A DNA stretch of 64,000 nucleotides from a bacterium (GCA_965213625.1 CBDBZU010000004.1:384001-448000); one strand, 5' to 3'. Positions 41,459 through 52,091 are shown, counted from the stretch's first letter. Notes: generated from the letters alone by a model not told the origin. Translations and numbers: made by a program.

Positions 41459-43132
41459 TTAAACCCCAATGAGCGGCTTCGCGACCTCCCGCGCCTGGTC
41501 CAGATTCTCGAGGACCCGCTCATCCGGCACCTCGCGCAGTACGTCGAGCGCATCGAGGGTCTCGGCAACGTCGTCTGTAAGCCCGATAACGATGGATTCG
41601 GTCTCCTCGTCGGTGGCGACGTCGATGAGTTGCTTGATGACCATGGCGGCGCTGTCGTCGATGTAGGTGGCGTCCGTGAAATTGAAGATGACGACCTCGT
41701 GGTCCTTGATGTCCAGGCTTATCGTCCGGACCAGCTTCTTCGAAGACGCGACGGTGAAGCTCCCCCGGAGCGCCACCATGCCGACGCGCGCCTCGAACGG
41801 ATCGACTCCCTCTACCTCTTCTCCCTCGTAGAGGAACATCTGGTCCAGAAGCGGCACGGAGACCACGCTGTCGAGCTCCAGGTTTTCGAGCTGTCCCGCG
41901 TGGGCGAGGCCCGCGACGATGAGTCCTATCGCCACGGCGCTTATCAGGTCGACGAACACCGTGAGCAACAGCGTCGTCAGCAGGACGAACAGATGTTCGC
42001 GCTTGATGCGGTGGAGGCGGGTGAGCAGGCCCCAGTCGATTATGTCCCAGCCCACCTTGATCAGAACGCCCGCGAGGGCCGCGAGCGGAATCGATTCCAC
42101 ATACGGCCCCAGACCCAGCAAAATCGCCAGCAGGAACACCGCGAATATCGCGCCCGCCGCCCGGGTCCGTCCGCCGGAGCGGATGTTGGGCACGGTGTAG
42201 ACCGGTGTGCCTGCGCCGGGCAGTCCGCCGATGAGGCCCGCCGCCGCGTTGCCCACGCCCTGGCCGATGAGTTCGCGGTCCGGGTCGTGGCTCGTGCGGG
42301 TCATCGAGTCGGCCACCAGGCAGGTGAGAAGGCTCACCACCGATCCGATCAGGGCGAGGATGAGCGCTGGCTCCACAGCGTGCGCCAGAAAACCCAGGGA
42401 GGGCAGGCCCAGTTGCAGCCCCGGCAGGCCGGTCGGCACCTCCCCGATGACGGGCGCATCGTGCAGCCACACCACGCCTATGAACGTGCCCGCGAAAAGT
42501 CCCACGAGGGGCGTGGGCAGAATTTTCCGCAAACGCGACGGCCAGAAGACGGCAACGCCGAGCGTGACGACGCCTACCCCTAAGGCGCTCAGGTTGATGT
42601 TCGCCAGAGTCTCAGGCAGCGCGAGTATCATCCCCACCGCGCCGCCGGGTACGGGGTCGGAACCAAAAAAGGGCAGGACCTGAATCGCCATCACGAGGAC
42701 GCCGATGCCGGACATGAAGCCCGAGACGACCACATAGGGCGTGTAGGCCACGAAGCGGCCTAGCTTCAACACGCCGAGGAGCGCTTGTAAGAGACCGCCC
42801 AGCACGACCACCGTCAGGGCTTCGGTGAGATCTTTCGCATACGTGGTGATGATGACCGCCATCACGATGGCCATCGGCGCCGTGGGGCCGGATATCTGGG
42901 TCGCCGTTCCGCCGAAGACGGCCGCGAAAAAGCCCACAGCTATCGCGCCGTAGAGCCCCGCTGCAGCCCCCATACCGGATGCGACGCCGTAGGCCAGCGA
43001 AAGCGGCAAAGCCACCACCATGGCGGTGACGCCGCCGAAAAGGTCTCCGCGAAGCGTATCGAAATCGTATTTCACGCGCTGATGCCCTTTCGCGTATTTC
43101 ATCGCCGAGTATGCGTTCGGGCGTTCACTCAA
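41459..43132 (-). CDS. SulP/SLC26 anion transporter with STAS domain
   Basis: GDLFGGV..VALPLSLAYG, GLYGA, QISGPT, RELIGQG, C-terminal STAS (YIDDSA). Confidence 0.93.
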   Translation of the reverse strand: MSERPNAYSAMKYAKGHQRVKYDFDTLRGDLFGGVTAMVVALPLSLAYGVASGMGAAAGLYGAIAVGFFAAVFGGTATQISGPTAPMAIVMAVIITTYAKDLTEALTVVVLGGLLQALLGVLKLGRFVAYTPYVVVSGFMSGIGVLVMAIQVLPFFGSDPVPGGAVGMILALPETLANINLSALGVGVVTLGVAVFWPSRLRKILPTPLVGLFAGTFIGVVWLHDAPVIGEVPTGLPGLQLGLPSLGFLAHAVEPALILALIGSVVSLLTCLVADSMTRTSHDPDRELIGQGVGNAAAGLIGGLPGAGTPVYTVPNIRSGGRTRAAGAIFAVFLLAILLGLGPYVESIPLAALAGVLIKVGWDIIDWGLLTRLHRIKREHLFVLLTTLLLTVFVDLISAVAIGLIVAGLAHAGQLENLELDSVVSVPLLDQMFLYEGEEVEGVDPFEARVGMVALRGSFTVASSKKLVRTISLDIKDHEVVIFNFTDATYIDDSAAMVIKQLIDVATDEETESIVIGLTDDVAETLDALDVLREVPDERVLENLDQAREVAKPLIGV

Positions 43133-43168
43133 AGCATATCACACCCTTGGCGAATCGTGGGTGGGCGC

Positions 43169-43480
43169 GGGATTGTTGAAGAACCCCCTCGATGCGGGAA
43201 AACCACCGTCATTCCGGCGAAAGCCGGAATCCATTTTATGGTTTTTGCTTTCGTTTTCGCATTTGATTCCGACTTGCGGGAGGTCAAACGCGACCGAATC
43301 CCGAACAGATGAGTCGGATATATGGATATATATGGCGGCGTCCGTATCTTCCCTGGCCGGGAGCGAGGACCTCCGGGCGAAAGCCCAAAGACAAAGGCGA
43401 AAATGGATTCCGGCTTTCGCCGGAATGACGAGCAAAGGCGGTGGTCAATACCGAGCGAGGAGAGCTTTTTCAACGACCCC
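43169..43480. mobile_element. MITE-like element carrying an inverted pair of CGTC-type REP palindromes
   Basis: Ends GGGATTGTTGAAGAACCC / AGAGCTTTTTCAACGACCCC; perfect 31-bp inverted pair CGTCATTCCGGCGAAAGCCGGAATCCATTTT at 43207..43237 and 43400..43430. Confidence 0.7.
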
Positions 43481-43581
43481 GCTCCTGCGACTTCGTTGCT
43501 TCCACTTCCCCGCGCGCGTCGTTTAATGGTATGAATGGCGCGGTTTCATTTGTTCGACCATTCCCCCACCCTGGAATCCGC

Positions 43582-44766
43582 ATGAGCACACGCACCAACA
43601 TCCTCATCATCGCGTCGAGCCATTCGGTGAACTCGCTCTACAACCGGATACTGACGCCCATCCTACCGCTCATCATGGCGGATTTCGGGCTGAACTACGC
43701 GCAGACGGGCCTCATCGCCTCCGTCTACGCCCTATCGAGCAGCCTGTTTCAGCTGCCCATCTCCTTTCTGGGGGATTTCACCGGAAGAACCCGACTCATT
43801 CTGGGCTTCTCCCTCCTGTTCAACGCCCTGCCCGCCTGGTTCTACGGCTATTCGAGCACCTACGCGGCGCTCCTCACCTTCGTCTTCCTGAGCGGGCTGG
43901 GCTGTTCGGCCTATCACCCCGCGGCGGTCTCGATGATCGCCGCAGAAAGCCCCAAAAACCGCGGCCTCGCCATGGGGCTTTTCAAGGCGGGGGGCGATTT
44001 CGGCAGCATCCTCACACCTGTAGCCATGGGCTGGCTCACGGTCTATCTCGCGAGCTGGCGCGCCGCGGCGCAGTATTTCGTGCTGCCGGGCATCGCGTGC
44101 GCGCTCCTCATCTGGCTGCGGTTTCAGGACGTGCCCAGCGAGCGGAAGTCGATGGCCAAGGAGGCCAAGTCGACTTTCAGCGAGCTTCTGGGCGATAAAT
44201 TCATGATCCTGATGACGCTGCTCTCCTCCTGCCGGGTGATGGGCTTGAGGGGCATCATGACCTTCCTGCCCCTGCTGCTGGCTGAGGGGCTGGGGCTGGG
44301 CACCATCGAGGTGGGCTGGGCCATCACGGCCTATTTCCTCGTCGGCACGGTCTTCGCCGTGATATGGGGGAAATACACCGACCCCAGGAAAGAGACGCGC
44401 GTCATCCTATTCATGATGGCGACGAGCGCACTCTCCCTCGCATTCCTGTCGCAAGCCGAATCCGTAGTCATCTTCTTCGGCCTGCTCGCGCTCCTGGGCG
44501 CGTGCCTGAACCCCTCCCAGAGCCTCATGCTCACCCTCACCACAGGCGTGGTTCGCGAGAAAAACCGCACCAGCGCCATCGGCCTCATGTACACGGCGAA
44601 CGAGGCGGCCTCGGTCATGTCGCCCTTCCTGGGGGGGCTCATCGCCCAGGCGGTGGGCTTGAGGCAATCGTTCCTCTTCTATTCCCTGCTCTGCCTCATC
44701 GCCACGAGCCTCGCCTGGCTCATTCACACCGAGCAGAAAAGACGCGCGCGCGTGAGCGCCGCCTGA
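43582..44766 (+). CDS. MFS transporter (Fsr-like)
   Basis: About 12 TM segments, GLGCSAYHP and RGLAMGLF motifs; start ATG at 43582. Confidence 0.88.
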   Translation: MSTRTNILIIASSHSVNSLYNRILTPILPLIMADFGLNYAQTGLIASVYALSSSLFQLPISFLGDFTGRTRLILGFSLLFNALPAWFYGYSSTYAALLTFVFLSGLGCSAYHPAAVSMIAAESPKNRGLAMGLFKAGGDFGSILTPVAMGWLTVYLASWRAAAQYFVLPGIACALLIWLRFQDVPSERKSMAKEAKSTFSELLGDKFMILMTLLSSCRVMGLRGIMTFLPLLLAEGLGLGTIEVGWAITAYFLVGTVFAVIWGKYTDPRKETRVILFMMATSALSLAFLSQAESVVIFFGLLALLGACLNPSQSLMLTLTTGVVREKNRTSAIGLMYTANEAASVMSPFLGGLIAQAVGLRQSFLFYSLLCLIATSLAWLIHTEQKRRARVSAA

Positions 44767-44910
44767 AATCTTTACAGGCAAGCGCCCGTTCTGTAGACTG
44801 CAAGAAAAAGGACCCGTTCATCCGAACCGTCAGGCCATTGGTGAAATCTTCGGGAGCGCGAGGACGGAGAAACCAGGGCTTGCTTATCCGCTAATAGGGG
44901 GAAAAGTGGG

Positions 44911-45459
44911 ATGACGAGGTATGAGTCCCTGAGTCTGCTCGCCGCATATTTGAATCTCATCGCCGCATACGGCGGCCTTGCGCTGATTCATCACGGCATC
45001 CGCGTGATGGCGCGGGGCGCGGAGACGCGCGCGGCGACTTCCGAGCGCACGCACAACGAGAGGATGACCGAATCTCAGCGAAAGCACGACGAGTGGATGG
45101 AAGAGTCACGGCGCAGAGATGCCGAATCTGAACGCAGGCATCAACAGGAGTTGGAGGAATCACGACGCAGACATGACGCGGTGATGGAAGAGTCACGGCG
45201 CAGAGACGCCAAATCTGAACGCAGGCATAAGCAGGAGTTGGAAGAATCTCTGCGCAGGCATAATGAGAGAATGTCGGATATTCAGCGCGGGCGGGAGGAA
45301 TCAAAAAGCAGTCACAATGAGAGAATGGCCTCGCTGCGGGCGCTGATAGACAGCCAGGCCGAGGGCCGCAAGGCGTTGCGCGAATCGATTGAAGCGCAAA
45401 CCGAGAGCCGCGAGGCGCTTCGGACGCTGGTAGCGCGCACGAGCGGTGAGTCGGCATGA
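44911..45459 (+). CDS. Membrane-anchored coiled-coil repeat protein of unknown function
   Basis: N-terminal hydrophobic helix followed by E/R/H-rich repeats; 2 x 87-bp internal duplication at 45085..45258. Confidence 0.65.
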   Translation: MTRYESLSLLAAYLNLIAAYGGLALIHHGIRVMARGAETRAATSERTHNERMTESQRKHDEWMEESRRRDAESERRHQQELEESRRRHDAVMEESRRRDAKSERRHKQELEESLRRHNERMSDIQRGREESKSSHNERMASLRALIDSQAEGRKALRESIEAQTESREALRTLVARTSGESA

Positions 45460-45544
45460 ACGCGCTTAGAATTTTGTTTGAATGTGGAAATACATATCCG
45501 GCGGCTATGACGCGCCACATTTGAATCAGGAGGAGTTCACCAAA

Positions 45545-46453
45545 ATGAACGCGAAAAACACGCTCGATAGTCTGGAAGTGGCGCCGACGGGCGCCGCCTT
45601 GGGGGCCGAGATCAGGGGCGTCGACCTGGCCCAGCCCATGCCCGATGAGGTGAAGCAAGCCCTGCGTGACGCATGGACGGAACACCTCGTTCTCCTGTTC
45701 CGTGATCAGGAGATGACCGAGGAGCAGCACCTCGACGCCACGCGCATCTTCGGCGAGGCCGTGGTGCCCGCCGCCAAGGCGTTTTACGACAAGGCGGGGA
45801 AACAGCAGTCCTGGGCCGCCAAGTATGCGGAAATCACCGTCGTCCACAATCTGGATGATGACGGAAATCCCGTGCAGCAGAACGAAAGCCTGGGATCCGG
45901 CGAGGTCGTCTGGCACAACGACAATTCCTACGCCGAAAAACCGCCCGCGGGCAGCATGCTCTACGGGCGGATGCTGCCGCCGTCGGGCGGGAACACCTGC
46001 TTCAGCAACCAGTACATGGCGTATGAGACCCTGCCCGAGGACGTGAAACAAAAAATCGAGGGCAAGACCGCCGTCCACGATGCGAGCAGAAACTCCGCGG
46101 GCACACTCCGGCCGGGCGTCAAGCTGCCCACCAAACCCTCCGAGGTGCCGGGGCCGCACCATCCCCTCGTGTGCACGCACCCCGAATCAGGCAGAAAAGC
46201 ACTCTATCTCGGTCGCAGGCGGGTCTATCCCTCCCAGTATATCGACGACATGGAAGAACAAGAGAGCGAGGAGCTTCTCGATTTCCTCTGGGAGCACGCA
46301 AGCCGCGACGAACTCGTCTGGGCCCACGTATGGCGGCTCGGCGACGTGCTGCTGTGGGACAACCGCTGCACCATGCACTACCGCGAGCCTCACGCGGGCA
46401 CGCATCCGCGCCTCATGCACCGCACGCAGATCCAGGGCGCGCAGCCAGTGTAG
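45545..46453 (+). CDS. TauD/TfdA-family Fe(II)/2-oxoglutarate dioxygenase
   Basis: GAEIRGVDL, WHNDNS (HxD), WDNRCTMH, RLMHR; RBS AGGAGG before ATG at 45545. Confidence 0.92.
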   Translation: MNAKNTLDSLEVAPTGAALGAEIRGVDLAQPMPDEVKQALRDAWTEHLVLLFRDQEMTEEQHLDATRIFGEAVVPAAKAFYDKAGKQQSWAAKYAEITVVHNLDDDGNPVQQNESLGSGEVVWHNDNSYAEKPPAGSMLYGRMLPPSGGNTCFSNQYMAYETLPEDVKQKIEGKTAVHDASRNSAGTLRPGVKLPTKPSEVPGPHHPLVCTHPESGRKALYLGRRRVYPSQYIDDMEEQESEELLDFLWEHASRDELVWAHVWRLGDVLLWDNRCTMHYREPHAGTHPRLMHRTQIQGAQPV

Positions 46454-46484
46454 GTTTCGTGGCGGAAAGTAGGTACGCTCAACT

Positions 46485-46890
46485 GTAGGGACAGGTCGCG
46501 ACCTGTCCCTACTTTTTTGAGGTTCCCCGAGGAGACGTTCATGCCTTTCACTCCTCCCTTGAGGGGACTTTTGAAAAACCCGGCACTTGGACAATGGACA
46601 AACGCGTGCTCCTCGACTTGTATGCCGCCGTATCCGTCTCACCCTGAGTAGCCGCCGAAGGCGGCGTATCGAAGGGCGCTCCCTCGATACGGCGCGCAAA
46701 CGCGCCTACTCGGGATGAGGGAGTGTTGAAATCCTCGGTCGAAATTGATCTCCGGTGTCGGAACCGATTGATGAATGAGGGTTCGACGGAATCCAGTTCC
46801 GATCTGAACGACGATACCATTACTCGGTCGACAAACTAGAACGTAGCGGACAGGCCCCCGTGCCTGTCCGAGGTCGCGACCTGTCCCTAC
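46485..46890. repeat. Intergenic REP mosaic bounded by GTAG-type palindromes
   Basis: Perfect 28-bp palindrome GTAGGGACAGGTCGCGACCTGTCCCTAC at 46485..46512, variant at 46843..46890, CTCACCCTGAGTAG pair at 46638..46720, IS-end-like motifs at 46563 and 46719. Confidence 0.85.
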
Positions 46891-47088
46891 TTGTTTTCTA
46901 CCCCAAAATCCCCTCTCGTCCCGATATGTGGAACGAATTACCGTCATTCGGACCCCCGCTTCCCTTTTCAGGCTCCGGCCGATTTGATACTCTCCCCAGA
47001 ATCAAAATAACGCGGATCGCTTGGAAGGCCGGGACCCGAACGGGGCGTTTCGGCATCTCCCGTATCCCCCTGCTTCGAGGAACGCACA

Positions 47089-48324
47089 ATGTATCTGAAC
47101 GCAGAGCGCGCGCGCGGGCTGATGGCCGATTTCGGTTTCGACGCCATCATCGCCTCCACGCCCGAGAACGTCACCTATCTCGCGGGCACCGTGGGGTGGT
47201 CGAACAAGGTCTATGCCTATTCCGTCCACATGTTCGCCGTCTTCGCGCGCGACGAAGGCGCGGCCCCCGCCCTCATCGTGCCGGGCCAGGAGGTCACCTA
47301 CGTTTCGGCCCAGCAGTCCTGGATAAAGGACCTCTACACCTTCGGCGGCAAGAGCGCCCTCATCCAGCCGCCAGGATCAGAAGCGCAGACGCCCGAGGAG
47401 GAAACCTACCTCGGCCTCTACAACGACGATCACAAGCGCAGCAAGAATCCCGGCGAGGCCCTTGCGCTCGCCCTCAAAAACCGCGGCCTTACGAAGGCGC
47501 GCCTCGCCCTCGATCAGGAACGCGTGATGCCGAACGTGCGCGCCCAGATAGAGGCGGCCCTGCCGGATGCGGAGATAGTCGACGCGGCGGATTTCTTCCG
47601 ATTGATCCGCATGGTCAAGACGCCGGACGAGATAGCCGCGCTCGCCGCCGCCGCCGAAGTGAACGAGAAGTCGGGAATCGCCGCCTCGAACGCGGTGGCC
47701 GAAGGCGCAACCGAGCGCGAGGTGGCTTCCGTATTCGCGGCGGAAGTGGGGCGCATGGGCGGCAAATGGCAGTGGTTCCACTTCTGCTCGGGCCGCCGGG
47801 CGACGGGCATCTTCCCGCCCACGGACAAGAAGATCGCCAAAGGCGAGATGTGGAAGTTCGACGCCGGCGTCGTCCTGAACAACTACCAGGGGGACACCGG
47901 CTGGGGCGGCGTGCTCGGCGAGCCGACCAAGGCGCAGCTCGATTTGTGGAAGGCGACGGAAGAAGGCTTCGAGGCCGCGATGTCGAAGGTCAAGGCGGGC
48001 GTGCTCGGCTCCACCATTCACCGCACCTTGCTGGAAGCCACGCGCGCGGCGGGGCTGCCCGAGCACAACGGCAACTTCGCCGGACACGCCATCGGACTGG
48101 AGCAACGCGAGGTGCCCTATGTTCTCGCGGAGCCCGCGCCGCAGGGCAGCCCCTTCCTGCCGGATTCAAGCGATTTCCCGCTCGAGGCGGGCACCACGAT
48201 ATGCGTCGAAAACCCCTGCCAGATATTCGGCATGGGCGGAACCCAGATAGAGAAAACCGTCGTCGTCACCGAAACCGGGTATGAGCCCGTCTACCCGCAG
48301 GAGAGAAAACTCTGGGTCGTCTAG
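47089..48324 (+). CDS. M24 family (Xaa-Pro peptidase/creatinase-like) hydrolase
   Basis: PENVTYL, RMVKTPDEI, metal ligands in FDAG..YQGD, GHAIG, CVENP, QIEK. Confidence 0.88.
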   Translation: MYLNAERARGLMADFGFDAIIASTPENVTYLAGTVGWSNKVYAYSVHMFAVFARDEGAAPALIVPGQEVTYVSAQQSWIKDLYTFGGKSALIQPPGSEAQTPEEETYLGLYNDDHKRSKNPGEALALALKNRGLTKARLALDQERVMPNVRAQIEAALPDAEIVDAADFFRLIRMVKTPDEIAALAAAAEVNEKSGIAASNAVAEGATEREVASVFAAEVGRMGGKWQWFHFCSGRRATGIFPPTDKKIAKGEMWKFDAGVVLNNYQGDTGWGGVLGEPTKAQLDLWKATEEGFEAAMSKVKAGVLGSTIHRTLLEATRAAGLPEHNGNFAGHAIGLEQREVPYVLAEPAPQGSPFLPDSSDFPLEAGTTICVENPCQIFGMGGTQIEKTVVVTETGYEPVYPQERKLWVV

Positions 48325-48366
48325 ACGATCCGGCAAAAACGATTTCCAACCAGTAAAGGACAGGCC

Positions 48367-49134
48367 ATGTGCGCTACCAGGTTCATCGACTTGAGCACCC
48401 CCATCATGAACGGCTCGAACGAGCCGCGCCCGCCCGAGGTCACCTACCTCGATCATGAGGAGTTCGGCGCGCGCTCGGCCAAGACCTGGGACATCCCGAT
48501 AGAGGAGCTGCACGACGGCGTGGGCGGGGCGGCGGAGTTCGTCACCGTCTCCACCCACTCGGCCACCCACATGGACGCCCCCTGGCACTACGGCCCCACC
48601 GTGGCGGGCGAGCCCTCCCGCAAGATAGACAAGGTGCCGCTCGAATGGTGCTACGGCGACGGCGTGGTGCTGGATTTGCGGCACAAGAAAACAGGCGACT
48701 GGATCAGCGAAGAGGACATCAGGGAGTGTCTCGCCAAGATAGATTACGAGGTCAAGGCTGGCGACATCGTGCTCCTGTGGACGGGCACGGACGAGCACCG
48801 CGACAGCCCCGATTATCCCGAACTCCACCCGGGCATGAGCATCCCGGCGACGGAGTATCTACTCGATCGCGGGGTGCGCGTCATCGCCATCGACGCCTTC
48901 GGCTTCGACAGGCCATTCAGCTTCCAGGTGCCCGAGTTCAAGGCGGGCAAGAGGGAATCCCTCATGCCGTGCCACCACATTCTGGGCAGGCAGCGCGAGT
49001 ATTTCCAGATCGAACAAATCACCAACATCGGCGCGATCCCGAAGCCGCACGGCTTCAAGATCTGCTGTTTCCCGATCAACGTGAAGGACGCGAGCGGCGC
49101 GTGGGTGCGCCCGGTCGCGATAGTGGAAGATTAG
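48367..49134 (+). CDS. Cyclase-family (kynurenine formamidase-like) metal hydrolase
   Basis: HSATHMDAPWH (HxxTHxD), GDIVLLWTG, QIE, ASGAWVRPVA. Confidence 0.9.
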   Translation: MCATRFIDLSTPIMNGSNEPRPPEVTYLDHEEFGARSAKTWDIPIEELHDGVGGAAEFVTVSTHSATHMDAPWHYGPTVAGEPSRKIDKVPLEWCYGDGVVLDLRHKKTGDWISEEDIRECLAKIDYEVKAGDIVLLWTGTDEHRDSPDYPELHPGMSIPATEYLLDRGVRVIAIDAFGFDRPFSFQVPEFKAGKRESLMPCHHILGRQREYFQIEQITNIGAIPKPHGFKICCFPINVKDASGAWVRPVAIVED

Positions 49135-49180
49135 GACGAGAATTTTTGCTGACTCATAATTCCCAAGGAGGAGAACTCTC

Positions 49181-50323
49181 ATGAAAAAGTTTCGACTCGT
49201 AATCGCCGTCGCGGCCCTGTTCGCGTTTCTCGTCGCGGCGCCGGCGCCGTCCGATGCCATGAAGCTCAAGAACATCAAGGTGACGATGGCGAACCCGCTG
49301 TTCAACCCTGGAATTTCCTTTCTGTGGATCGGTAATTTCCTGGGCTACTACCAGGAAAGCGGCGTGGACGCGCAGTTCGTCGCCGCCCAGGGCGGCGCGC
49401 AGGCGATGGGCTGGGTGCTCTCGGGCCGCACGCACGTCGGCCTGCCGAGGCCCATCCCGATTCTCTTCCGCGCCGCGCGCGGCAAGAAGATGCCTCCCGT
49501 CAAGGGCGTCTACATCCTGAACCGGGACGCCATCTACGCCGACGGCGTGGCCGTGCCGCCGGGCAGCAAGATCAAGTCCGTCTGCGACTTGCAGGGAAAG
49601 AAAGTCGGCGTCATGAGCCAGCGCGACTCGGGCCCCATCTTCGTGCGGAAAGCGCTCGAGACCTGCGGCATCCCCGCCGACAAGCAGGAAGTGACGTATC
49701 TTCCCGTCGGGCCCGCCTCCAAAGCCGCCGCCGCTATGAAGCTCGGCCGCGTGGAGGCCTGGGCGAACGTGGACATCCAGTACACACTGGCGAAGGCGGC
49801 CGGGTTCAAGTTCGACATGATCCCCTACCAGAAGGACTGGACGCAGAATCTCTTCGGCAACGTCGTGTGGATCAACACAAAATTCCTGGCGGACAACCGC
49901 GACACCGTGGTGGGCTTTCTGCGCGGTCTGGCCAAGGGCAGCCTGTTCTTCTACACGAACCCCGAAGCCGCGCTTAAAATCCACTGGGTGCTATATCCCG
50001 AATCGAAGCCCAAGGGCATGAGCGACGCGCAGGCCACCGCCCGGATGATCAAGGTGCTCAAGTCGCGCGCGCCCAAGCTGCGCCTGGATGATGAAAAGAT
50101 CAACAAGTTCGGCGCGCATCACGACGGCGAGTGGGCCGAGTACGTGAAGTTCGTGGGTCTGGACAAGAAGTTGACCAAAGAGCAGGTGAAATCGCTGTAC
50201 ACGAACGAGCTGATTGACGAGGTCAACAACTTCGACCGCAACGAGGTCATCAAGCGCGCCAAGAACTTCGACTTCGCCAAGGAGTTGAAGAAATTCAAGG
50301 CGATGATGAAGATGCAGAAGTAA
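49181..50323 (+). CDS. ABC substrate-binding protein, NMT1/SsuA/TauA-like
   Basis: Signal peptide, IKSVCDLQGKKVGV, FLRGLAKG, YTNELI; precedes permease and ATPase. Confidence 0.85.
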   Translation: MKKFRLVIAVAALFAFLVAAPAPSDAMKLKNIKVTMANPLFNPGISFLWIGNFLGYYQESGVDAQFVAAQGGAQAMGWVLSGRTHVGLPRPIPILFRAARGKKMPPVKGVYILNRDAIYADGVAVPPGSKIKSVCDLQGKKVGVMSQRDSGPIFVRKALETCGIPADKQEVTYLPVGPASKAAAAMKLGRVEAWANVDIQYTLAKAAGFKFDMIPYQKDWTQNLFGNVVWINTKFLADNRDTVVGFLRGLAKGSLFFYTNPEAALKIHWVLYPESKPKGMSDAQATARMIKVLKSRAPKLRLDDEKINKFGAHHDGEWAEYVKFVGLDKKLTKEQVKSLYTNELIDEVNNFDRNEVIKRAKNFDFAKELKKFKAMMKMQK

Positions 50324-50335
50324 GAGGCCGGCGAT

Positions 50336-51256
50336 ATGGCGACTACCGAACAGAAGGATGAAACCCCAAAGGCTGCAGGCGGCCCCACGCTTTCGGAGAC
50401 GCTGCTGCAAAGGCCGTATCTGCTCTTCGCCGTCTCCTTCGTGGTGCTGATCATCGTCTGGGAATGGACGGTGACCTACTTCGAGGTGGACGATTTCATC
50501 TTCCCGGCGCCCTCGGGCGTGGCCACGGCGCTTCTGCGCGGGCTGTTCTTCTACGACGTGGGCGGGGAAGTCGAGGGCGCAGCGGACTTCATGGGGCTGA
50601 TGAAGACGAGCTTCTACAACCACATCAGCCACACGCTGTTCGAGGCCGTCATGGGCTTTTTCATGGGCAGCTTCATCGGGCTGGGGCTCGGGCTGGCGTT
50701 CATGCAGTCGAAATGGGTCGAGGCGATCATCATGCCTTACGTGGTCGCGTTCCAGACCCTGCCCAAGCTCGCCATCGCGCCCCTGTTCATCATCTGGTTC
50801 GGCTACGAGGTGAAGTCGAAAATCTTCCTGGCCGGCCTCGTGGCGTTCTTCCCGCTTCTGGTGAACACCATGGTGGGGCTCAAGTCCGCGGCGTCGGACC
50901 AGATAGACCTCATGCGCTCGCTCTCCGCCTCGCGCTGGCAGATGTTCTGGAAGATGCAGTTCCCCAACGCCCTGCCCTTCATCTTCGCGGGCTTCGAGAT
51001 AGCGGTGGTGTTCAGCCTGCTCGGCGCGATTCTCGGCGAGTTCGTGGGTGCGGGCCAGTGCATGTGGGGCGGCCGCGGCCAGTGCGGTCTGGGCATTCTG
51101 CTCATGCAGATGAGCTTCAGCAGCGACACGACGGGCACGTTCGCCATCCTGGTGATCCTCTCGTGCATGGGACTGGGAATGCACCAGGTGGTGCGCTTCG
51201 TGAAGAAGAAAGTGCTCTTCTGGGCGCCTGAGACGGACAAGACGATGGGCGCGTAA
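50336..51256 (+). CDS. ABC permease, NitT/TauT family
   Basis: FPAPS, QTLPKLAIAPLFIIWFG, FPNALPFIFAG, GEFVGA. Confidence 0.92.
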   Translation: MATTEQKDETPKAAGGPTLSETLLQRPYLLFAVSFVVLIIVWEWTVTYFEVDDFIFPAPSGVATALLRGLFFYDVGGEVEGAADFMGLMKTSFYNHISHTLFEAVMGFFMGSFIGLGLGLAFMQSKWVEAIIMPYVVAFQTLPKLAIAPLFIIWFGYEVKSKIFLAGLVAFFPLLVNTMVGLKSAASDQIDLMRSLSASRWQMFWKMQFPNALPFIFAGFEIAVVFSLLGAILGEFVGAGQCMWGGRGQCGLGILLMQMSFSSDTTGTFAILVILSCMGLGMHQVVRFVKKKVLFWAPETDKTMGA

Positions 51257-51280
51257 GAGACGAACAATCTAAGGAAACTG

Positions 51281-51305
51281 CCCCCGGCGATTCGTTCGCC
51301 GGGGG
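51281..51305. terminator. Short intergenic hairpin
   Basis: CCCCCGGCGA-TTCGT-TCGCCGGGGG. Confidence 0.5.
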
Positions 51306-51317
51306 TTTCGGAGAAAG

Positions 51318-52091
51318 ATGAACGGATATATTTCGGTAACGAACCTGGAGAAGGAATACGTCACCGCGAGCCGCGAGATCGTGCACGCCCTGACGGATAT
51401 CAACTTCGAGATCGCGGAGGGCGAGTTCGTCTCCGTCGTCGGTCCGAGCGGCTGCGGCAAGAGCACGTTGTTGAAAATACTGGGCGGCCTGCTCGCCAAG
51501 ACGTCGGGCGCCTGCTCGCTCAAGGACACGCCCATCGACGGCCCGCGAAACGACGTGGGCATCGTCTTTCAGGACCCGGTGCTGCTCCTCTGGCGGAACG
51601 TGCTCCAGAACACCATGCTGCCCGCCGAGATTCTGGGGCTGGACGCGAAGAAAACACTTCCGCGCGCGCACGACCTCATCCGCCTCGTGGGGCTGGACGG
51701 CTTCGAGGACAAGTACCCCCATGAACTCTCGGGCGGCATGCGCCAGCGTAACGCCATCATCCGAGCGCTCATCCACGACCCGAACGTCCTGCTGATGGAC
51801 GAGCCCTTCGGCGCGCTCGACGCCATGACGCGCGAGCAGATGAACCTGGAACTCCAGCGAATCTGGCTGGAGAGCAAGAAGACCGTCTTCTTCATCACCC
51901 ACTCCATCCCCGAGGCCGTTTTCCTGGGCGACAGGGTGATCGTCATGACGCCGAGGCCGGGCCGAATATCGGAGATCATCACCGTCGACATCCCCCGCCC
52001 GCGCTCGCTCTCCACCATGGGCGATGAGATGTTCGTCGAACTCACGCAGAGAATCCGAAACCTCCTCTACGTGGAAGGTTCCCTGGATTAG
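51318..52091 (+). CDS. ABC ATPase, NitT/TauT family
   Basis: GPSGCGKST, LSGGMRQR, LLMDEPFGALD. Confidence 0.95.
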   Translation: MNGYISVTNLEKEYVTASREIVHALTDINFEIAEGEFVSVVGPSGCGKSTLLKILGGLLAKTSGACSLKDTPIDGPRNDVGIVFQDPVLLLWRNVLQNTMLPAEILGLDAKKTLPRAHDLIRLVGLDGFEDKYPHELSGGMRQRNAIIRALIHDPNVLLMDEPFGALDAMTREQMNLELQRIWLESKKTVFFITHSIPEAVFLGDRVIVMTPRPGRISEIITVDIPRPRSLSTMGDEMFVELTQRIRNLLYVEGSLD

